Of a stretch of 32,000 nucleotides of DNA, positions 15,650 through 23,523 are shown piece after piece. Every line of letters starts with the position of its first letter. The stretch's first letter is position 1. The notes below the pieces were generated by a model, which saw only the letters and a list, made by a program, of their open reading frames with translations, did no database searches and was not told the DNA's origin. Origin of the DNA: Patescibacteria group bacterium (GTDB taxonomy: Bacteria; Patescibacteriota; Patescibacteriia; 2-01-FULL-39-33); NCBI GenBank assembly GCA_041662745.1, contig JBAZRV010000005.1:30001-62000 (forward strand), written 5' to 3'. The position numbers and the translations under genes are program-made.

Positions 15650-15668
15650 ACGCACAAACAAACAAACA

Positions 15669-15697
15669 ACCGCCCGGCTTAAGGCCGTGGCGGTTTT
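15669..15697. terminator. rho-independent terminator between convergent genes (membrane operon and secA)
   Basis: ACCGCCCGGC-TTAAG-GCCGtGGCGGT hairpin followed by TTTTCATTTT on the plus strand. The flank on the minus strand is T-rich (TTGTTTGTTTGTTT). Confidence 0.65.
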
Positions 15698-15776
15698 CAT
15701 TTTCCATACAATTTCTTCGTTACTGGGACATCCCAATCAGACTTTTTAAAATTTTTGAAAAAATATTGTATCCGCA

Positions 15777-18518
15777 TTATTTACCGTGGCAGTCCTTATA
15801 CTTCTTTGGCTTGCCATCCGGATAGGTTGCGCCGCAAGGACAAGGATCATTACGGCCGATTTTATCGCCGTTATAATGCGCGCTGTCTTTTAGTATTTTA
15901 TCAACTTGGCGTTCGGTCAATCCGGAATCTGATTCCATGGGCGACTTCAAAGACGATTGATCGCTGGCGCCCTTAAGCTGAATATTTTTCGGTTTATTTC
16001 CCGCCTGGTCCATTTCTTCCGGCGACACAAAACCGATTTTATAAATACTGTAAGCCAGCTGATGATCAATCATTGCCACCAGCTCCTTAAACATGCGCAG
16101 GGATTCTTTTTTGTATTCCACTAACGGATCGCGTTGGCCATAGCCGCGCAAACCGATGCCGGTGCGCAGGTACTGCATCGTATCCAAGTGTTCAATCCAT
16201 AAAGTGTCAATGACGCGCAGAAACATGCCGCGTTCCACTTGGCGCATGGCCGGCAACCGGCCTTCATCCGTCGGCAACATGTTTATCTTAGCCTCCAATT
16301 CATTATATTCTTCCACGGCGAGCTTTTTCAGATAACCGGAAATCATTTCGCGCGACATCTGATCTTCCTGATTATTCCCCGCCTCTTGCCTTAATTCTTC
16401 CAAAGTCTTGCGCGCTTCCGGCTTAATCCGGAAAATCAAACTGACTGCCTCATAAATTTCTTCCAGTTTCCACTGGCTTTCGTCATTATCCTGAGTCGCC
16501 AGCATTACGGCTGCATCAACCTCTTTTTCAATGGCGCCAAGGGCCGACTCCTTGGTTCCTTCACCGGCCAAAATCTGCCGGCGTTTGCGATAAATCGTTT
16601 CGCGCTGTTTATTCATGACATCGTCATATTCCACTAAATGCTTGCGTATATCAAAATTGTGAGTTTCCACTTTTTTCTGCGCCTGTTCAATAGACTTGCT
16701 GATCATGCCGTTTTCAATCGGCATATCATCCGGTACGCCCAAAGTCGTCATCATTTTCTTCATTCGTTCCGACCCGAAAATACGCATCAAATCGTCGTCC
16801 ATGGAAATAAAAAACAACGATGAGCCGGGATCACCTTGGCGTCCGGCGCGGCCGCGCAACTGATTATCAATACGGCGGGACTCATGGCGCTCCGTACCGA
16901 TCACGCATAAGCCTCCGGCGGCAACCACCTTTTCATACTCTTCTTGATTAAACGGATAACCGCCCAAAATAATATCCACGCCGCGGCCGGCCATATTGGT
17001 GGCAATGGTCACGGCGCCGACTCGGCCGGCCTGCGCGATAATATGCGCTTCCTTTTCATGATGTTTGGCATTCAAAATTTGGCACGGGATGCCGGCGCGA
17101 TCAAACAATTCGGACAGCAGTTCGTTCTTTTCAATGGAGACGGTGCCGATTAAAACCGGTTGGCCGTTTTTGTACCTAACCCTGACTTCCTCAATCAAAG
17201 CGTTGTACTTGCCCTGCTCGTTTTTATAAATGCGATCATTCAAATCCTTCCTGACCATCGGCCGATTAGTCGGTATGGTGGTAACTTCTAAACTGTAAAT
17301 CTTGGAAAATTCTTCGGCTTCAGTGGCGGCCGTACCGGTCATACCGGATAACTTGGCATACAAACGGAAATAATTCTGAAAGGAAATCGTGGCCAGCGTA
17401 ACGCTTTCCTTTTGAACCTTAACGCCTTCCTTGGCTTCAATAGCTTGATGCAAACCTTCGCTGTAACGACGGCCGAACATCATGCGGCCGGTAAATTCAT
17501 CAATAATAATGATCTCGCCATCCTTAACCACGTAGTCCTTATCGCGTTTGAACAACGCCTGGGCTTTCAAGGCCTGTTCAATATGATGGACATCGGCAAT
17601 GCCGCGGTCAGTATAAATATTTTCCACGCCCAGCGCCTTCTCCACTTTAGCGATGCCCGCCTCGGTCAAGGTGGCGGCGCGTTGTTTCTCATCAATAGTG
17701 TAATCATCAGTCTCCGCCAGCGTCTTAACGATTTGCGAAAATTGGAAATACTTGTCTGTCGATTCCATATCCGGCGCGGAGATAATCAACGGCGTTCTGG
17801 CTTCATCAATCAAAATGGAATCAACCTCATCCACGATAGCATAAAACAAATCGCGTTGAACCATGTCTTCCGCCCGCGTCACCATGTTATCGCGCAAGTA
17901 ATCAAAACCGAATTCATTATTTGTGCCGTACAGAATATCGCAAGCATAAGCCTCGCGGCGAGTGCAAGGAATCAGATTCTGCACGTCCAAAACCGGATCG
18001 CCTTCTTGGCGCTGATGTTGCTTATCAAATTTATAAGAGGTGTTCTGTTGCTGGATGCAACTGACCGAGAGTCCCAAAAAATCATAAATCTGCCCCATCC
18101 AATCGGCGTGAATGCGCGCCAAATAATCGTTAACGGTAACCAAGTGCGCGCCCCGGCCGGCTAAAGCGTTCAAATACATCGGCGCAGTGGCAGTCAAAGT
18201 TTTGCCTTCACCGGTCCGCATTTCCGCGATATGCCCCTGATGGAGGGCAATGCCGCCCATCAATTGAACGTCAAAATGCCGCTGGCCGATGACGCGTTTG
18301 GCCGCTTCGCGAATAGTGGCGAACGCTTCAGGCAGAATATCGTCCAAAGTTTTATCCTTAGCCAGTTCGGCTTTCAGTTTGGCGGTCTGGGCCTTTAAAT
18401 CCTCATCGGATAAGGCCGAGATCTTCGGCTCAAAAGCGTTGATGGCATCAATTGTTTGTTGGAATCCGGCTAATACTTTTTTATTGGGATCGCCGAATAT
18501 TTTGGTAAAAAATGACAT
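15777..18518 (-). CDS. secA: preprotein translocase ATPase SecA
   Basis: 913 aa. MRTGEGKTL Walker A, DEAD-like DEVDSILIDEARTPLIIS, C-terminal zinc-binding CPCG...CHGK. Confidence 0.97.
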   Translation of the reverse strand: MSFFTKIFGDPNKKVLAGFQQTIDAINAFEPKISALSDEDLKAQTAKLKAELAKDKTLDDILPEAFATIREAAKRVIGQRHFDVQLMGGIALHQGHIAEMRTGEGKTLTATAPMYLNALAGRGAHLVTVNDYLARIHADWMGQIYDFLGLSVSCIQQQNTSYKFDKQHQRQEGDPVLDVQNLIPCTRREAYACDILYGTNNEFGFDYLRDNMVTRAEDMVQRDLFYAIVDEVDSILIDEARTPLIISAPDMESTDKYFQFSQIVKTLAETDDYTIDEKQRAATLTEAGIAKVEKALGVENIYTDRGIADVHHIEQALKAQALFKRDKDYVVKDGEIIIIDEFTGRMMFGRRYSEGLHQAIEAKEGVKVQKESVTLATISFQNYFRLYAKLSGMTGTAATEAEEFSKIYSLEVTTIPTNRPMVRKDLNDRIYKNEQGKYNALIEEVRVRYKNGQPVLIGTVSIEKNELLSELFDRAGIPCQILNAKHHEKEAHIIAQAGRVGAVTIATNMAGRGVDIILGGYPFNQEEYEKVVAAGGLCVIGTERHESRRIDNQLRGRAGRQGDPGSSLFFISMDDDLMRIFGSERMKKMMTTLGVPDDMPIENGMISKSIEQAQKKVETHNFDIRKHLVEYDDVMNKQRETIYRKRRQILAGEGTKESALGAIEKEVDAAVMLATQDNDESQWKLEEIYEAVSLIFRIKPEARKTLEELRQEAGNNQEDQMSREMISGYLKKLAVEEYNELEAKINMLPTDEGRLPAMRQVERGMFLRVIDTLWIEHLDTMQYLRTGIGLRGYGQRDPLVEYKKESLRMFKELVAMIDHQLAYSIYKIGFVSPEEMDQAGNKPKNIQLKGASDQSSLKSPMESDSGLTERQVDKILKDSAHYNGDKIGRNDPCPCGATYPDGKPKKYKDCHGK

Positions 18519-18622
18519 AAGTTATAGTTTAAATCAAGATTGGATTAGTTTACAGTATTTTATGGTTTTTGGCAATCCGCCATCAATCAGCCGGCGGATC
18601 AAACCAATCCTGCAATATTCAG

Positions 18623-18925
18623 CTAATCACGCAGGGTTTCTTTGTATTTCATGATTTCCACTTTCATTTTATCCTTGGCTTCATTAATTGATTTGTATAA
18701 ATCATCAGACTCGGCCTCGGCGCGAATGACTTTCTTCGGCACCTCCAAATTTACCTCGGCCCGAAAAATGTCGCCTTTATGGTGATGCTCGGTGGTTTTG
18801 GCCACTTCCACCTCGCAACCGATAATATTATCAAAATATTTGGACAAGCCGCCGATTTTTTCATTAATTGCCGCTTCAATGCCCGGCGTAAGTTCGATTT
18901 TGGTTCCCTTGATTGAGATGTTCAT
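18623..18925 (-). CDS. hpf: ribosome hibernation-promoting factor / RaiA family (short form)
   Basis: 100 aa. MNISIKGTKIELTPGIEAAINEKIGGLSKYF...AEVNLEVPKKVIRAEAESDDLYKSINEAKDKM fits the typical HPF/YfiA pattern. Confidence 0.85.
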   Translation of the reverse strand: MNISIKGTKIELTPGIEAAINEKIGGLSKYFDNIIGCEVEVAKTTEHHHKGDIFRAEVNLEVPKKVIRAEAESDDLYKSINEAKDKMKVEIMKYKETLRD

Positions 18926-18955
18926 AAATTATAATTTAGATAATAACAATATCCT

Positions 18956-19013
18956 GTTATTCCTGAAAATTTGCAGCGAGCCTTAGCGGGCTAAAATTTA
19001 TCAGGAAACCAGG
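18956..19013 (+). repeat. 58-nt hairpin repeat (long form) of the GTCATTCY...GGAATC family
   Basis: GTTATTCCTGAAAATTTGCAGCGAGCCTTAGCGGGCTAAAATTTATCAGGAAACCAGG. Arms TTCCTGA/TCAGGAA, AAATTT/AAATTT and AGCC/GGCT pair. About 71% ungapped identity to 8052-8107. Confidence 0.7.
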
Positions 19014-19057
19014 TTAATTAATAATTATAAAATAACAAAATAAATATAACTGCCACA

Positions 19058-19085
19058 CCTGGATTCCTGCTTTCGCAGGAATGAC
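19058..19085 (-). repeat. 28-nt hairpin repeat (short form) of the same family
   Basis: Minus strand GTCATTCCTGC-GAAA-GCAGGAATCCAGG. Its ends match the ends of the 18956-19013 copy (GTyATTCCTG ... CAGGAAwCCAGG). It is inverted relative to that copy and starts 10 nt after the murB stop. Confidence 0.7.
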
Positions 19086-19095
19086 AAAACAAAAA

Positions 19096-20064
19096 TTAAA
19101 ATCCCAAATATTGGACTTCCTCCATTAATTGCAAGCTGAATTTGCTTCTGACCTTCTGCTTGATTGCTGATGCTAACATTAGCACATCGCTGGCCGTCGC
19201 GCCACCGGCATTGATGATTATTCCGGCGTGCCGGTCGCTGACTTTGGCGCCGCCGATCTGCCGGCCGCGCAAACCGCATTCATCAATCAGCCAGGCGGCG
19301 GGAATTTTCTGCCAAGCGATGAATTGTTCGGGGATTTCCGGCTGCCGGCTTTTAAGTTCCGCGGTCTCTGCCGACGTTAACGCGATATTGCGAAAAAAAC
19401 TGCCGGCGGACGGCCCCTCGCTGAATTTAACGCCGCGCTCCGCCGTAATCTTTGCTATTTTTTCTTTGGCCGCGGCAATTTCTTCCGGCGTACCAATTTT
19501 CAATTTCAAGGCAACCGACAAAATAATATCCTTATTGCCGTCTTTTTTAAACCGACTCTTGCGATAGCCGAAATCGCAAGCGCTGCTCGGTAATTCAATA
19601 ACGGCATTTTGCTTCAAAATTTTTACGCTGGACACGTTTTGAGACATCTCTCCGCCGTAAGCGCCGGCATTGCCGCAAACGGCTCCGCCAATCGTCCCGG
19701 GTATGCCCATGGCCCACTCCAAACCAATTAACCCGGCTTTCAATGATTGCGCCAGCGTCAAAGCCAAGGAAGCGCCGGCATCAACAATCAACTGATCGCC
19801 GTTGATTTTTATTTCGCCACCGTTTATTTTTATCACCAGACCATCAAAACCGTCATCGCTGGCCAAAATATTACTGCCTCCGCCCAGCACCGCATAATCA
19901 ATGCTCTCCGCTTGCGCTTCAGCAATCAGTTGTTTTATTTCCTCGGCGTCTTTGGCCAAAGCTAAAAACCTGGCCGGACCGCCGATCCGCAAGGTGGTAT
20001 GATTAGCCAATGACTCATTTTCCTTGAACCTTTTACCGAGATTTTTTCTGGCTTGCTCTAACAT
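19096..20064 (-). CDS. murB: UDP-N-acetylenolpyruvoylglucosamine reductase MurB
   Basis: NHTTLRIGGPARFL, FAD-binding VLGGGSNIL, C-terminal AGSFFRN...AAWLIDECGLRG...GGAKVSDRHAGIIIN. Confidence 0.93.
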   Translation of the reverse strand: MLEQARKNLGKRFKENESLANHTTLRIGGPARFLALAKDAEEIKQLIAEAQAESIDYAVLGGGSNILASDDGFDGLVIKINGGEIKINGDQLIVDAGASLALTLAQSLKAGLIGLEWAMGIPGTIGGAVCGNAGAYGGEMSQNVSSVKILKQNAVIELPSSACDFGYRKSRFKKDGNKDIILSVALKLKIGTPEEIAAAKEKIAKITAERGVKFSEGPSAGSFFRNIALTSAETAELKSRQPEIPEQFIAWQKIPAAWLIDECGLRGRQIGGAKVSDRHAGIIINAGGATASDVLMLASAIKQKVRSKFSLQLMEEVQYLGF

Positions 20065-20160
20065 AATATTTGCTTAATTCTAAAGCTTTCTTTTGCGCCG
20101 CAAAACCGGGTGTCTTTTTAACCCTTTTCCGCTTGCGCGGCTGTTCGGCTTTTTGTTGAA

Positions 20161-20189
20161 TTTTATATAAATCTACCGGCATATTGACA
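20161..20189 (-). promoter_or_regulatory. candidate murB promoter sharing its -35 region with the divergent cassette promoter
   Basis: Minus strand: TTGTCA (20189-20184), then 17 nt, then TATAAA (20166-20161). This -35 overlaps the plus-strand TTGACA (20183-20188). Confidence 0.4.
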
Positions 20190-20211
20190 AGGCTGATTAG
20201 CTGTGATATGT
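20183..20211 (+). promoter_or_regulatory. sigma70-type promoter of the 20290-20958 cassette
   Basis: TTGACA (20183-20188), then 17 nt, then TATGTT (20206-20211). Confidence 0.5.
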
Positions 20212-20289
20212 TAATAAATCAATTAAGTTCTTTTAACAACCAGATGTTTTAGTAAATCAATATTCAACCAAGAAAGAAAGGGAAAGGCA

Positions 20290-20508
20290 ATGAAATACTG
20301 GTTTGTTTCTTACGCTATATTCCGGGAACATTTTGACCAAGACTTCAATAACACATTTCTGGCATCTGAAAAAGAATACTTTCCAATAGTTGAAGCAACA
20401 AGGGAAATCGGTAACTCTCATAATGGCGGCATACGTAATAACAGCACGCGGATAGTTATTTTGTTTTTTCAGGAAATATCTGAAGAAAGCTTTAAGGAGG
20501 GATTATAA
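20290..20508 (+). CDS. hypothetical small protein, 72 aa
   Basis: Purine-rich GGGAAAGG upstream. Visibly more AT-rich than its neighbours. Its stop is directly followed by the next start (TAAATG). No family recognised. Confidence 0.5.
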   Translation: MKYWFVSYAIFREHFDQDFNNTFLASEKEYFPIVEATREIGNSHNGGIRNNSTRIVILFFQEISEESFKEGL

Positions 20509-20958
20509 ATGTCTAAACCAGTACAATTTCCTGATGGTTCAAAAGAACCTAAAACGACAAAGAAGCAAGCGATGACTGAATACAAGTGCCCCTTAACGGC
20601 CGAGCAATATGAAGCAGCCATGAAGCCCTTTCCCTACGAGTCACTCCAGCGGTTAACAGAGTTAGTGCTTAATCTGCGCGCCGCAATGAGAGAATCGGGC
20701 GATCTAATGACTACCCTTATGGCAGTCTTGTGGGGCAGCAACTCCGCATACGAAGAACATAAAACCCTCTCCGCTCCCCGACTGCCGGAAATTGTCGCAG
20801 AAATCCGTTCCCTGCTTTGGCTGGAAGTTAACCATAGCGCTCCTCCGACAAATAAAAGCGAGATCAAGAATAAGATTCAATTCCTTTATGAATATCTGGA
20901 ACATCCCGAACGATTTTCTTTTGCATGTAACGTCGCAATCGGCAGGAAACCTTCCTGA
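20509..20958 (+). CDS. hypothetical protein, 149 aa
   Basis: AAGGAGG lies 8 nt upstream of the ATG. Soluble and predicted helical. No family recognised. Confidence 0.6.
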   Translation: MSKPVQFPDGSKEPKTTKKQAMTEYKCPLTAEQYEAAMKPFPYESLQRLTELVLNLRAAMRESGDLMTTLMAVLWGSNSAYEEHKTLSAPRLPEIVAEIRSLLWLEVNHSAPPTNKSEIKNKIQFLYEYLEHPERFSFACNVAIGRKPS

Positions 20959-20983
20959 TTTATGATTTTAAAAGTTCTTTACC

Positions 20984-21013
20984 AACACCGGCAATTCGTC
21001 GGTGTTTTCATTT
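20984..21013 (+). terminator. candidate terminator of the cassette
   Basis: AACACCG-n9-CGGTGTT followed by TTCATTT. It abuts the murC stop (21008) on the other strand. Confidence 0.45.
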
Positions 21014-22453
21014 CACTAAATTTTTCGCCAATTCATAAACATCACCGGCACCCAATATCAGAATCACATCAAAATCATCAGCTAACATTCTTATCAATTT
21101 TTCACTCTCCGCCAGCGAACCGCCATAGAGCGTCCTAACTCCCTGAGCTGCAATCGCTTCAGCCAGTATCTTGGAGTCAACAGCAAAATCCTCGGGCTTC
21201 TCCCGGCCGGCGACATAAAAGATATCGGGAATGATCACCTGCTCCGCCGAGCCGAAGGCCGTCACAAACTTATTGAACAAATTTTTTGTTCGGGAGTATT
21301 GATGCGGTTGAAACACGATCAAGATCTTTTTACCCGGATAGAATTCCTTAGTCGCGCTGATAACTTGAGCGACGGCATCAGGCGTATGGGCGTAATCGGC
21401 AATGACTTCGGCTTGGCCCAGTCGGCCGAGCCGTTCAAAACGACGCCAGGTGCCGGTAAAGCCGGCCAAAGACTGTCGAATAATTTCGACATCAATTCCC
21501 AAGGTACGGCAAACGGCAATAGCGCATAGGGCGTTATAGACATTATAACGGCCGGGCAGAAGCAAAGAGAATTGACCTAAACTCCGGCCTCGTTCAGTAA
21601 CGGAAAAAGTTTGCCTGTTTTTGTCATCCTGAGGCAGAGCCGAAGGATCTAAAGTTAAAACTTGAGATTCTTCACTACGTCCGTCAGTCAGCGGACTTCC
21701 GTTCAGAATGACAGCTTTATAGTCAGCTTCTCCGGTAATGCCGAAAGTTACTTTGTTCGCCTTAAGCTTCGGCGCGAGTTCCATTGAATTGGGATCGTCG
21801 GCATTAAGCACCGCATACCCTTCCGCCGGCACATGCGACAAATAATTGCCAAAGGCCGATTTGATTTCGGCCAAATCTTTATAATAATCTAAGTGGTCCT
21901 CACCGATGTAGGTGACGGCGGCAATCTGCGGGTAATAATTATCAAAAGCTCGGCGATACTCGTCGCTCTCAAAAACAAAATATTCGCCCCGGCCGGATCG
22001 GGCGTTACCGGACAAAAAATCAGCTTTAGCGCCCAAAACCACGCTTGGATCCTTATCCGCATCAATTAGAATCTTGGCGATCATGGCCGTAGTGGTAGTC
22101 TTGCCATTAGTGCCGGACACGCTGATGCCGAATTTATCAGCCAGCAATAATTGCAAAAACTGCGGGTAGGTCATCTGCTCTATGCCCAATTCCTTTACGC
22201 GCATCCGCTCCGGGTTAGCCTCCGGCGCGGCCACGGTATAGACCGCCAGATCAGCGTCAGTCGGCACGTTTTCCGCCCGTTGAGGCACTTTGACATCCAG
22301 ACCCAGCGACCGCAAATCATCAACCACTTCACTGATCTGCGCATCACTGCCGGAAACGATTATCCCCCGATCCCGCGCCAAGCGAGCTGTGGCCGAAATG
22401 CCGATGCCGCCGATGCCGATAAAATGGATTTTTTTTATTTCCAGTAAATTCAT
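21008..22453 (-). CDS. murC: UDP-N-acetylmuramate--L-alanine ligase MurC (carries a 30-codon repeat-derived insertion)
   Basis: IHFIGIGGIGISATA, GTNGKTTTTAMI, DEYRRAF, LPGRYNVYNAL, ADYAHTP. ATGA overlap with the murG stop. Confidence 0.93.
   Translation of the reverse strand: MNLLEIKKIHFIGIGGIGISATARLARDRGIIVSGSDAQISEVVDDLRSLGLDVKVPQRAENVPTDADLAVYTVAAPEANPERMRVKELGIEQMTYPQFLQLLLADKFGISVSGTNGKTTTTAMIAKILIDADKDPSVVLGAKADFLSGNARSGRGEYFVFESDEYRRAFDNYYPQIAAVTYIGEDHLDYYKDLAEIKSAFGNYLSHVPAEGYAVLNADDPNSMELAPKLKANKVTFGITGEADYKAVILNGSPLTDGRSEESQVLTLDPSALPQDDKNRQTFSVTERGRSLGQFSLLLPGRYNVYNALCAIAVCRTLGIDVEIIRQSLAGFTGTWRRFERLGRLGQAEVIADYAHTPDAVAQVISATKEFYPGKKILIVFQPHQYSRTKNLFNKFVTAFGSAEQVIIPDIFYVAGREKPEDFAVDSKILAEAIAAQGVRTLYGGSLAESEKLIRMLADDFDVILILGAGDVYELAKNLVK
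21623..21712. repeat. inverted pair of GTCATYCT hairpin repeat units lying inside the murC reading frame
   Basis: Plus-strand unit: GTCATCCTGAGGCAGAGCCGAAGGATCT (21623-21650). Minus-strand unit: GTCATTCTGAACGGAAGTCCGCTGACTGACGGACGTAGTGAAGAATCTC (21712-21664). The 90 nt equal murC codons 248-277. Confidence 0.7.
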
Positions 22454-23523
22454 TTTTTCTTTTTAATTAATTGCAAAATAATATCCGCCACTGCTCCAGC
22501 GCCGTTTTGCGGCATCATTTTTCTAATATTCTTTGACAGCTTATCAAGTTTGTCGTCGCTTTTGATCAATTCGCTAATAACGTCGGCCAACATCTTTTTA
22601 TTCAACGAGACTTCGGATAAAACCACGGCGGCGTTATGCTTCTGGAAATAATTGGCGTTGTCCTCTTGGTGCGTCCGATACATCGGAATAATGATTGACG
22701 GTTTGCCACAGTAAGATAACTCCGACAAAGTGGACAGTCCGGCACGCGTTACCACCAAATCGGCTACGCACAAGGCCTCGGGCATCTCATGGGTTATGAA
22801 TTCAAATTGGCGGTAATTATCAGCGGAAAAATTTATCTTTTTGCCCTTGCCGGTAACATGAATCACTTGGATGAATTTCATCAGGTCAGGCAGAGCTTGA
22901 TCCAGTATTTTATTGACCGTGGCCGCGCCCGTACCGCCTCCGGTAAAAAACACTATTGGCACGTCCTTCTTCAGACCGAATAATTCACGGCTTTTCTCCT
23001 TATCGCAATGGCTGAATTCTTCCCGAATGGGATTGCCGGTTAGAGTTGCTCGGCCGCGCTTGAAATCGCGCAGAGAAATATCAAAGGATACGGTGATTTT
23101 TCTGGCCACCGGCGACATTAAACGATTGGCCAAGCCGACTTCAATATCTTGCTGATGGATTAGGATGGGAATGCGCAACAGCCCTGCCGCCCAAGCTAAA
23201 GGCACACCAACATAAGCGCCGGCCACCATCACTAACTGTGGACGAAAAGCAAGCAAGATTTTCAGGGATTGCAAAAATCCCCAGATAATTTTAAACGGAT
23301 CAATAAAGTTCTGCCAAGAAAAATAACGGCGGAACTTTCCTGAAGTAACGGCTAAGAAGGGTATCTTATAGCTTTCCACCGCTGATCGTTCCGGACCGTT
23401 AGCGGTGCCGACAAACAAAAACTCCGCTTCGGACTGACGTTTTTTGATTTCCTGATAAACGGCGATAAGCGGACTGACCGAACCCATGGTACCGCCGCCG
23501 GATAATAATATTTTATATTTCAT
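22450..23523 (-). CDS. murG: undecaprenyldiphospho-muramoylpentapeptide beta-N-acetylglucosaminyltransferase MurG
   Basis: N-terminal LLSGGGTMGSVSPLIAV, C-terminal FFTGGGTGAA...VTRAGLSTLSEL, position within the dcw cluster. Confidence 0.92.
   Translation of the reverse strand: MKYKILLSGGGTMGSVSPLIAVYQEIKKRQSEAEFLFVGTANGPERSAVESYKIPFLAVTSGKFRRYFSWQNFIDPFKIIWGFLQSLKILLAFRPQLVMVAGAYVGVPLAWAAGLLRIPILIHQQDIEVGLANRLMSPVARKITVSFDISLRDFKRGRATLTGNPIREEFSHCDKEKSRELFGLKKDVPIVFFTGGGTGAATVNKILDQALPDLMKFIQVIHVTGKGKKINFSADNYRQFEFITHEMPEALCVADLVVTRAGLSTLSELSYCGKPSIIIPMYRTHQEDNANYFQKHNAAVVLSEVSLNKKMLADVISELIKSDDKLDKLSKNIRKMMPQNGAGAVADIILQLIKKKK

Noticed and set aside
17412-18164. 250-aa plus-strand ORF, and similar long antisense ORFs at 4268-4804, 6370-7011, 9596-9925, 10124-10510, 19142-19567 and 22151-22447
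   Set aside because: All lie fully inside strongly supported minus-strand genes (secA, ATPase, membrane protein, mltG, murB, murC). They are open antisense frames, not genes.
18519-18622. Hairpin ATCCGCC-n11-GGCGGAT between hpf and secA as a terminator
   Set aside because: No U-tract follows it on the minus strand, so hpf-secA co-transcription cannot be excluded. Left unannotated.
19025-19279. 84-aa minus-strand ORF ending ...ILIFVLSFLRKQESRCGSYIYFVIL
   Set aside because: It overlaps the murB 3' end in another frame and its tail is just a translation of the hairpin repeat (19058-19085). This is a typical repeat-derived spurious ORF.
20083-20181. 32-codon basic ORF (MPVDLYKFNKKPNSRASGKGLKRHPVLRRKRKL) upstream of murB
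   Set aside because: Its ATG lies upstream of the predicted murB TSS, inside the shared -35 region. It has no SD, is very short, and shows no supporting pattern.
20290-20958. Calling the two-gene cassette a toxin-antitoxin or defence system
   Set aside because: Only the gene layout (small plus larger, abutting stop and start) supports it. Neither protein shows a recognisable toxin, antitoxin, nuclease or HTH motif, so it is reported as an orphan cassette only.
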